This document shows positions 54,531 to 64,000 of a stretch of DNA of 64,000 nt, piece by piece. Within the stretch, counting starts at the first letter, position 1. Every line of letters starts with the position of its first letter. The stretch covers positions 161,386,001-161,450,000 of the forward strand of contig OX597816.1 of NCBI GenBank assembly GCA_951406725.2, in the 5' to 3' direction. The notes beneath the pieces were generated by a model, which saw only the letters and a program-made list of their open reading frames with translations, was not told where the DNA came from and searched no databases. A program made the position numbers and the translations under genes. The DNA is from Octopus vulgaris. Its lineage: Eukaryota.

Positions 54531-55136
54531 AACTCTCTATACTAACCATAACACTGGTTTAGAGAAAATACTTAGGAAACATGCTTTGCAATGAAAATAA
54601 AATGGTAAGGTTGATGCTAATATTTAATGTAATGAGCTAAGTGATTGTGTCACTGTACTAATCAGACTCTTTCCTCGGTGCATTTTATTTTTAATTAATT
54701 AAAACTTGGAGGTTGTCTGCTCTGTTTTTCCTGTCCAGAAATGATCTTTTTAAGCTAATAATTCTTCTTTCTTCCTAAATGTGTTATGTTAATTAAGATT
54801 TCTTAACTCCCTACATTGATTTTATTAACACTGGTAGAAAACTGGCAGTGTCACTAGAGCATTATGTGGAATGCCTTGTGGTGTCTGCTATATGGCTCTT
54901 TGAATTTTAATCCCACTGTGGCCAAATTTGCTCTTCATTTTTCCACAGTTGATAAAAAAAGTATTAATCCAGGATAATGGATGAGTGAAGCTGTAAGAAA
55001 GACAGGTCAGATGCCTTGTAGTATTTGTTCTGGCTCTTTGCATCCTGAGTTCATATCCTACCATGGTTTTCTTAAGTGGTAGGCTTAATCCATTACCTGG
55101 TGTAACATTAGCACCCTGGGTGCTTTTAGTGATAAG

Positions 55137-55353
55137 CATTTGGGTGCTGAAAAGTCCTTAGCTTTAAGGGTATCATGAAAGGCCTGGCTGGAGGCCCAAC
55201 ATTCCAAGTTCTATTACAGGGATTAGAAAAACTGAAGGACTGTTGCAATAAGTGTGTGAATTTGAGAGGGGAATATATTGAATAAAATCATAATTAACTA
55301 ATCCTCCTGTATTTTCTTTTATCCAAAGCTGGGAACTTTTCAGCACTCCCTCA
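55137..55353 (+). mobile_element. mariner-derived MITE
   Basis: TIRs GTGCTGAAAAGT(C/T)C..AGCTTT; internal AWLEAQHSKFY / GLEKLKDCCNKCVNLRGEYIE* is a mariner transposase C-terminus; TA at the right end. Confidence 0.8.
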
Positions 55354-55943
55354 TATGCCTGGCTTCTGGTTTGCAGGTACCTTCCTCACATCCTTTCCAC
55401 TAGTCTCAGAGATCTTAAAATAGGCCATAAGCATTGCCTTCCCTCCTGACTGAAAGATGAAAAAAAAAAACAAAAAAAAACAACCATCTGTCCTAACAAA
55501 GTTTGATCTTGACTCATTTATATAAATTCAATAGTTATGAGCAATACTCAGATTATTTTAGGAAGATATCCTATGTTTACAAAATATTTCAAGATTTAAG
55601 TTATATTTCTCATCTGTATTTCAAGTCTCATCAATAATTGTAATTATCTATGTTTTTCTAGATTCTGATCTAAAGCAAGTAAAACTGGAATTTTTCAAAA
55701 TCTGCTCATTTTATAAACAGCTGAGGACATCAGTCACATACATTGAAGTTCTAAGAAAGATTTGAGTTTGTTATTTTATTTTCAGTGAAAACAATATCTA
55801 AAAGCTATCACTAATGAGTTTCCACAAACTTTTATCTGATATCTTTCTTGCTATATACACACTGAAAATCTTAGACAAATTGTAATTGAGTAAAATTAAA
55901 ATATACTGCTGATTCTGAGATGAAACAAGTCATTTCTATTTAG

Positions 55944-56040
55944 AAGTTACTGATAAAAGTGATATTGATTCTTATTACTAATTTACTTGATGTATTGATG
56001 CCTCATTTCTGTCAAATCACTGGAAATAGCACTTCTGAAA
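55944..56040 (+). CDS. Candidate exon (97 nt)
   Basis: CATTTCTATTTAG acceptor and consensus GTAAGT donor; only phase 0 open (KLLIKVILILITNLLDVLMPHFCQITGNSTSE); no recognised homology. Confidence 0.3.
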
Positions 56041-56288
56041 GTAAGTTTGTTTTAGAATTAACTTAAGTACTAATGTGTCTTAGGCAATTAATACATTCCT
56101 TATTTATTTAGAATTAAATATCTTTCCCTCCTATGGATTAACTAGATTAAATCAGTAAATAATATCTAGTAACAGTAAGACTGACACCAATGGTATATTT
56201 GTTTAACACTCTCTATAAAACCTGGCCACCAGACTGCTCAAGTAACTCACACGGAGTTTATACTGTATTGTTATTTTTTACTCTAAAG

Positions 56289-56945
56289 CAACAGTTTTTA
56301 ACCATATTTTTTTAACTATGGACCCCTTTTGATTCCTATTTTACTTAGCTGGACCCTCATAGCCTTTCAATATTTAAAAAATCTTATTGTATTTTTATAA
56401 TTAAATATTGTTAGGAATTGTATAAAAAATTATTAAAGTATTTTGTGAATTGTAGATATATAACCAACTAGCAGTATCGCCCGGCATTGATCGGGTTTGT
56501 TTCGACCCTTTAGAATTGGAATTTTTAAAAGTAAAAATTTTGCATTATGTAGTTTGCTATTCTCTTTAAGTGAACATTTTTCTGGTTGAAATACACTGAA
56601 AAATGGCGACACAACAGTCAAAAAACCATAAAAAATAGAGATTTTCATAGAAAAAAAGCACCTTTTTGATGTAAATAATTTTTGGTGTTAACATGGTCCG
56701 ATTTGAAGGAAGAGCAAGCCTTCTTCTATCATACTCTCAATTTTGGTCAACTTGTGCCGCAGGGTTTCGGAGGAGATACTGTTAGTTGAAGGCTACCAAA
56801 CCTGCCATACACAGACAACTTCAGCTTTATATATATAGAGAGAGATTTGTTGCACATTATTTTTAACAACAAAGTCTTGTATGGACCCCCAAAAGGTCAT
56901 ATGGACCCTCAAGGGTCATATATGGATCCTGGTTGATAACCACCA
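56289..56945. mobile_element. hAT (Charlie-like) MITE hosting a Helitron
   Basis: 8-bp TSD CTCTAAAG / TTCTAAAG; degenerate CAGTGGTTTTCAACC-type TIRs; repeated ATGGACCC subterminal motifs. Confidence 0.75.
56468..56845 (-). mobile_element. Non-autonomous Helitron, both ends intact
   Basis: Minus strand A|TC...CTAG|T insertion with no TSD; subterminal hairpin CCCGG-CATTGA-TCGGG at 56480-56495. Confidence 0.85.
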
Positions 56946-58330
56946 TTCTAAAGTATTATCATGGCACTGCAAACTACCAACCTATGCATCAATTTCCAGT
57001 GAGTTTGGTTATGTACAATGAAACCATTATTTTCTAAATTCTTTTCTGTACTATTACCAAATGAGTTGAGTCATGTGTTTTGTCCATGGGACATCACAAA
57101 ATGTAGTTAGAATATGAAATCATAACTGTTGAGCTATGAGAGTCTACTACATTGATTTCATCAGTCAAAGAAGACCTACAAAGGCAAGGAACTCTGTATC
57201 ACATTTTCGACTCAAATAAATAAATAAGTAATCTGCTACCAATGCGAATCTGTAAGAATGGGACTGCAACAGACTGTTTGGTCTGAAAAATGAATCACAA
57301 CTGAAAAAGTTAATAGTGTATGTATTTATTAAATAGTCACTGTTATAAATGACCAAGTTGTATTTCTTTCCATTTTGAGTGGAGGTGTGCTAGTTTTGCT
57401 TCTTTCTATCACACACAATAAGAATGTAAAAATGAGAAACTAGTGGCTGTGCTGAGACATGTAAAAGAGAGTGAAATAGAATATAAAAAGGCGTATTAGG
57501 TAGATAAATAGATGGTATCTGACTGAGAGAGAGAGAGAGTGGGGTGTGGGTGAAAGAAACAAGCCAGCCAGCAAGAAAGACAAGCAGTCAGGTAAACAGA
57601 AATATAGGGAGTTAAGGAAGAAAGAGTAAGAGAGGAAAAGACAGTTTTGGTAAAAGAGGTAAGGTGGAAAGAATCAAAATAAAGTTCTGGATAACGGACA
57701 TTAAATGATGATGGTGATGATGATGATAATGATTATACACACATACATATTCATTTACACACATGCACACACACAATACATGAGTGAGAAAGAGAGAAAG
57801 GAATTCCTAATACCATTTTGAGAAAGTCTTTAGGAAATGAAGAGAAGTAGAGGTAGATTTTGATTGAGAGAAGAAAAAAAGACAGAGCTTGATGACTATA
57901 TAAATCTTGATAGAGAGGTAAGAAAACAGAGTGAGTATGTGAGAATAAGATAGAAAACAAAAGGAGTAGGAACATAAAAGTAAGAGAATGAAGAAACAAC
58001 TTTTTCTCATATACATCAGGTAATTGCAAGTCTTACAGACAAAGAAATTCCCAATCACAGAGAAACTGCTCAACTCCAATTGGTAGAAAGGAGCTGGAGA
58101 TTATCACTAGTTTGGAATTGCTTGATGGGAATTGGAAAGAAGAAGTTCTGTGAGATGATAACAAAACACAAGAAGAAACAAAAGTAAAAGTCAAGGTGAA
58201 AAAAAGAAGAAAGGAGCTGAAAGAAGACAAATGAAACACGAGATGAAAATAGAGCAAGGCTTGAAGCAGAAAGATTAAGAATTAGTGAAAGGAAACAGAA
58301 ATAAGCCTGATATATACAGGCATCCATACT

Positions 58331-58542
58331 TATGTGTGTGTGTACACATATATGTATAAATATACATATATATAAAATATATGTATGTATATATGTGTAT
58401 ATATATATATATATATATACATATGCATGCACACATGTGCACATGAGCACACACATGCACACATACACACATGTGCACACACATGTATGTGTGTGTGTAC
58501 ACATAAATGTATACATCTACATACATATAAAATATTTATAAG

Positions 58543-58581
<39 letters not shown>

Positions 58582-58699
58582 GCATGCACACATGTGCACA
58601 TGAGCACACACATGCACACATACATACATGTGCACACACATGTATGTGTGTGTGTACACATAAATGTATACATCTACATACATATAAAATATTTATAAG

Positions 58700-58764
<65 letters not shown>

Positions 58765-58823
58765 GCATGCACACATGTGCACATGAGCACACACATGCAC
58801 ACATACATACATGTGCACACACA
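58331..58823. repeat. Minisatellite of about three units built from a compound microsatellite
   Basis: Unit starts ATATGCATGCACACATGTGC at 58421, 58578 and 58761; periods of 157 and 183 bp differ only in (TA)n length. Confidence 0.9.
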
Positions 58824-59605
58824 CAAGTGCTGGAAGGCTTATTTCTTCAAAACCCCGGACTATTGGTGTACCCAAGGATAAATTTGGTTATATCTTCTAT
58901 ATGTATAAATATTCAAAATTACATTCAAGTACATTCATTTATATGCATTCCTTTATTATCTATTTTTTTTTGTTTGTTTTGGGGTATCGTTTTAAATTTG
59001 GTAATTAATGATTCAATTATTATTCAATTACAATATTGAATAATAATTGAATCAGCAATCACAAACCTTAAAATAACAGAATATTTGGCAGAGCATTCAG
59101 ATCTTTTTTCCTTTTTCCTTTGTAAAAATCAGTTGTTATTGCTCTATCCTGTGGGAGCGACATTAGTTATTCGAACAGATACATGGATTTTCGGTAATTA
59201 TTATAATTATTTCTAATTATTATAGAACTTACAACACTGATATGGTTAATCATATTTACAAACAAAATTGTGAAGCTGTTGCTGTTGTTTTTTCCCTAGA
59301 TCAATCTTAATTGATTTATGATCAAATGCGTTCCAGCCTCCAGCCATAGTCATCTGTTCATTTTTTTTTCAGACATTATCCTTTTTTTTTTCTCTTGTTT
59401 CTGACATTAAACTGTGGCCATGCTGGGGCACCACAGAATTTTAGTTGAATGAATCAACCCCAGGACTTATTTTTTAAGCCCGGTACTTGTTCTATTGATC
59501 TCTTTTGCTAAACTGCTAAGTTACAGGGATGTAAACACACCAACACCAGTTGTCAGTGGGAGACAAACATAGACACAAAGATAAACACACAATATATATG
59601 TATGT

Positions 59606-59725
59606 TGGCCTGCTTGTTTAGCCAGCGGGGTGGCGTCATTTGAAGGCTAAAACAATGGGAAGCGCATTGTGACCAGCGATGTGTAGCAACATCTGATAGC
59701 CTGGTCGGTCACGGTGATCACAGTG
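59606..59725 (+). mobile_element. 5'-truncated SINE tail (gamma) inside a family A microsatellite
   Basis: Homologous to 5585-5700; ATATATGTATGT duplication at 59594-59605 and 59726-59737. Confidence 0.7.
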
Positions 59726-59867
59726 ATATATGTATGTATGTGTGTATGTATGTATGTATGTAGATAGATAGATAAACAGAAAGGCATAGATAAAGATATA
59801 AATATATAGATATATATAAATATATGATGGGCTTCTTTCAGTTTCCGTCTACCAAATCCACTCTTTA

Positions 59868-60178
59868 TCTAATAAAAGCCAAAGTTAACAAATTCGCCAT
59901 TCATAACAGTTACAGCCTAAAGGGAGTTAACTGAGAAAGACTTGAAAGTTAACGTAAGATTGTAATCATGTAAAGTAAATATAACAAATAATCCAGAATC
60001 CTTGTCCAGTACTGGATCGATCCCAAATCAGTTTGTGCCAGTCACGAGGCCAAACATCCCTGAAGGTTTCGTCCAAATCCATCCAGTGGTTCTTGAGATA
60101 TCTTGCCTACCAACAAACAATCAAACAAACAAATCCAACTAAAAACAATACCTCCCGTTTAGCAAAGGCGGAGGTAAA
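59868..60178 (+). mobile_element. Helentron-associated (HINE/DINE-like) non-autonomous element
   Basis: (CAAA)n tract followed by terminal hairpin TACCTCC...GGAGGTA at 60149-60176; left boundary approximate. Confidence 0.65.
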
Positions 60179-60695
60179 AAATATACAGCACAGTATACAG
60201 TTTCTACTTCGCGGATTTTCACCTATGGTTGGGGGTTTTGGAACATAATACCCATGATAGTCAAGGGTTTACTGTACATTTTAAATGCTATGTACAGTAA
60301 TTTTGTTATTAGATAACTGACTGTACAGAGTATACATAAAACAGAAAAGGGTTTAGAAAAAAATGTTGCAAAGCCATAGCTAAAAATTCAATCCGCTTTG
60401 AACCCTGGTACTTTGAATCCTTTTAACATTAGTCTGTAACATTTGTTGACATGCATCAGGTTCTACACAATTTTGTTATCTGTTTGTATTGGATACTAAT
60501 GATTTTGTCTGACAAAAGGCAAAGTTGTGGTGGTTAAGGAACTTGCTATGCATCAGCATGGTTTCAGGTTCAGTCCTTTGGCAAGTGTCTTCTCCTATAG
60601 CCCTGGGCCATTCAATGCCCTGTGAGTCGATTTGGAAGACAGAAACTGTTTGAAAGCCTGTCATATACATGTGTGTGTGTGTGTGTGTGTGTGTA

Positions 60696-60737
<42 letters not shown>

Positions 60738-60739
60738 GA

Positions 60740-61185
60740 CATGGCTGTGTGATAAGAAGCTTGCTTCTCAACCACATGGTTCTGGGTTCAGTCCCATTGC
60801 ATGGCACCGTGGGCAAGTATCTTCTACTATAGCCTTAGGCCAGCCAAAGCCTTATGAGTGGATTTGGTAGACAGAAGCTGAAAGAAGCCTGTCATATATA
60901 TAAATCTGTGTGTGTGTGCGTATGTGTGTTTGTGTGAGTCTGTGTGAGTCTGTGTGTGTGCGTATGTGTGTGTCTGAGTTTGTCCCCCTGTTTTTGCTTG
61001 GCAACTAATGCTGGTTTGTTTATGTCCCTGTAACTTAGTGGTTCAGCAAAAGAGAATGATAGAATAAGTACTACATTTACAAAAAATAAATCCTGATGTC
61101 GATTTGGTTGACCAAAACCTTTGAAGGTGGTGCTCCAGCATGGCCACAGTCAAATAACTGGAACAAATAAAAAAATAAGATATAA
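60740..61185 (+). mobile_element. SINE family A cluster
   Basis: Homology to 54107-54530; further pieces at about 60525-60665, 61250-61440, 62015-62278 (minus), 63425-63710 and 63727-64000. Confidence 0.85.
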
Positions 61186-62427
61186 AAAAGAGTATGTGCA
61201 CACATATACACGTGAGTGTGATTTTCTGTTTGTTTGTCACCTGCCACCACTATCACCACTTTACAACCAGTGTTGGTTTGTTAATGGCCCTGTAAGCAGT
61301 TTGGCAAAGAGACCAATAGAACAAGTAGCAAACTTCAAAAAAATATAGGTACTCGGGTCAATTTATCAGACCAAAACCCTCCAAGCCGGTGCCACAGCAT
61401 GGCCACAGCTAAATGACCGAAACAAGTAAAGGATAAAAGAAAGAGACATGCACTTTACACACACACACACACACACACACCTTGATTCATTCTAATGTTC
61501 TTGATCCTCTTGAACGATTTTTCTCACTACCATATTCCACTCTTCAGCCATCTCATCAAAGAATGCCATTTCTCCATTTTCTTTGTCACTAATCCTCTCA
61601 AAGAAAGACCTTTCGAGAACTTTTTTGTTTTTTGCTTGAAAATATTTAGAAAGCAATCAATCATATTTCTTGTCTTTTATGAATCCTTCTTTCTTTAAAA
61701 ATCTTCATTTAAATCTAATAAATCTTAGATTTTTTTTCTGAAGAATTCAGTAAAAGTTTAGAATGTGAAACTCTTTTTCCTTTTTTCACATCAGCATTTA
61801 ACCAAATATTGGAAGCTTTAAAGATGTCTCCTTCCTAACTATTATCAAAGAATTAGCACAAGAAGGTTTGAAAGGTATCCACATAAAATATTGAACTTCA
61901 AAACAGGAAAACCAGTTTCATCTTCACATTATACTTAATTAGCAAGCCTGGTTTGACTGATGTTGTCCAAAAGACCAAAACATTTATTTATTCTTTTATT
62001 TATTTATTGAGAGTTACTCTTTTACTCTTTTACTTGTTTCAGTCATTTGACTGTGGCCATACAGGAGCACCACCTTTAGTCAAGCAAATCGACCCCAGGA
62101 CTTATTCTCTGTAAGCCTAGTACATATTCTATTGGTCTCTTTTGCCGAACTGCTAAGTTACGGGAATTTAAACACACCAGCATTGATTGTCAAGCGATGT
62201 TGGGGGACAAACACAGACACACACACATACATACCATGTGGTTGGTAAGCAAGCTACTTACTACACTACCACTCCTATGGTTGCTAACAACTCCAACTTT
62301 TTTTCCTTTCTGCTACAACTAAGAGGAAAATTTCAAATAATTAAGAATTTTTGACACACAGCATTCAGAGGCTTAATTTATTTACCCTAATTCTTACCAT
62401 TGTCTCACTTGAGTTATGGCCCTTAGC

Positions 62428-62450
62428 TCTTCTTCTTCTTCTTCTTCTTC

Positions 62451-62505
<55 letters not shown>

Positions 62506-62576
62506 TGTCATCGTCATCATCCTCCTCCTCCTCCTCCTCATCATCATCATCATCATCATCATTGTCATCATCATTA
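62428..62576. repeat. Compound (TCT)(TAT)(CCT)(CAT) trinucleotide microsatellite
   Basis: Direct inspection. Confidence 0.95.
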
Positions 62577-63561
62577 CTGAAATTTAGCTTAGGAAATGCC
62601 CTGATGATCCTCCCTTGTAATTTGCAGAACATAAGGTTCCGCTATTTTTACAGTCCAAAATTGGCTGTATATACTTATTCATTTATTTTTATATCTTGGT
62701 TGGTATATTACAAAGTCAGTGATGAACCTCTTTTTGTTTTTGTGCACTGATAATCTGAGGATGTCTCTTGTCTTTTGCTGATATTATTCTTCTGTGATTA
62801 TTTTCCCTTCTGTTTCTCTTGAAATCTGTTTGTTTAAGATTTGCTTGCATCTTCATGTCTCAGATATCCTACCACCAAATGTCCATCAAAATAAATAAAT
62901 AAACTATATAAATGTAAGAAGAAGAAAAAAAACTAATTGAATCAGCAAAATGTAATATCTGTCGCCTTACAGCGTCATGTGTATTGATTTTTTTATATTT
63001 TTGTATTTATATTAAAAAAAAAATCTTGTTGATAAACTGAAATAATTCAAAATTCTTATCGTTTGACCTGAGATTTATATCTCATATACATTTGTCAGAA
63101 GAGCTCAGCTGCCTTAAGCAAATTTTAATATTTTTTCCAGTGTAAATCATTGTATCTAAGGAATTTTTTACCGTCTTTCTTGCTTTTTTTTTGTTTTGTT
63201 TATGTGTTAGATTTATTTTGGTATCATCATTTTTTGCCTGAATCTCTTACAATTCTGTCAGACTAAAAGGCTGTATACAGCCATCATAAAATGAAAGAAA
63301 AGCAACAAGGACTGAGTGTGTTTAACAGGAATAGTCAGCAGCTGTTTTTACTAAATATGGAAGTCAGAAAAGAAAATTGTCCTATAAGAGTATGCAAGTA
63401 TGGAAGGAGAATAACAAATACAAAATCTTGGCTGTGTGGTTTAGAAGTTCACTTTGCAACCATGGGATTTGGGTTTCAGTACTACTACGTAGCAACCTAG
63501 ACTAGTATCTTCAATGCAATGTGAGTAAATTTGATAGACAAAAACTGAGTGGAAACCTGTT

Positions 63562-63610
<49 letters not shown>

Positions 63611-63862
63611 TGTCCCCTCCACCTTTTGATAACTGGTGTTGATTTGCTCATACCCCTTTGATATAGCAGTTCAACCACAGAGTCCTATAGAATAAGTACC
63701 AGATTTAAAACATAAATTCTATTAACAGGAGTGGCTGTGTGGTAAGTAGCTTGCTTGCCAACCATATGGTTCTGGGTTCAGTCCCACTGTGTGGCACCTT
63801 GGGTAAGAGTGGATTTGGTAGACAAAAACTGAAGAAGCCCATTGTGTGTGTGTTTATGTATG

Positions 63863-63901
<39 letters not shown>

Positions 63902-64000
63902 ACGTACATACGTGTGTACATATATACCTAGATAGGTAGGTAGGTATGCATGTATGTATGTGATTGCGTGACTGTTTTTGTCCCACCACTATCGCTTGAC

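Noticed and set aside
58022-58305. Purine-rich coding-like stretch
   Set aside because: Stops occur in all + frames and the K/E richness is explained by base composition
60191-60274. Small mariner/pogo-like MITE
   Set aside because: The right end (GGGTTTACTG|TA) is suggestive, but the left TIR and TSD are too degenerate to call

Overview
This is AT-rich, gene-poor eukaryotic DNA, most likely a very large intron or an intergenic region of an octopus (coleoid cephalopod) genome. That assignment is an inference from the repeat families and the extreme microsatellite load. No intact gene is present, and almost all ORFs in the supplied track are translations of microsatellites or SINEs. Retroelement content: at least four SINE/retroposon families (many with clean target-site duplications, TSDs), RTE-clade LINE relics and a probable Dong/R4 LINE end in an (AAT)n tract. 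DNA transposon content: piggyBac-like, hAT and mariner MITEs and Helitron/Helentron-type elements, often nested. One convincing splice-bounded exon candidate (1941-1996) and a few weaker ones lie on the + strand. The most notable items are an inverted pair of minimal hammerhead-ribozyme motifs (31256-31420), an 891-bp foldback element built from two 3' ends of a DD41D transposase (36084-36974), a histone H3 3' fragment abutting an RTE tail (3159-3487), a dimeric SINE inserted as one unit at two loci, and modular tail swapping among SINEs. I found no evidence of a wholly new biological system.
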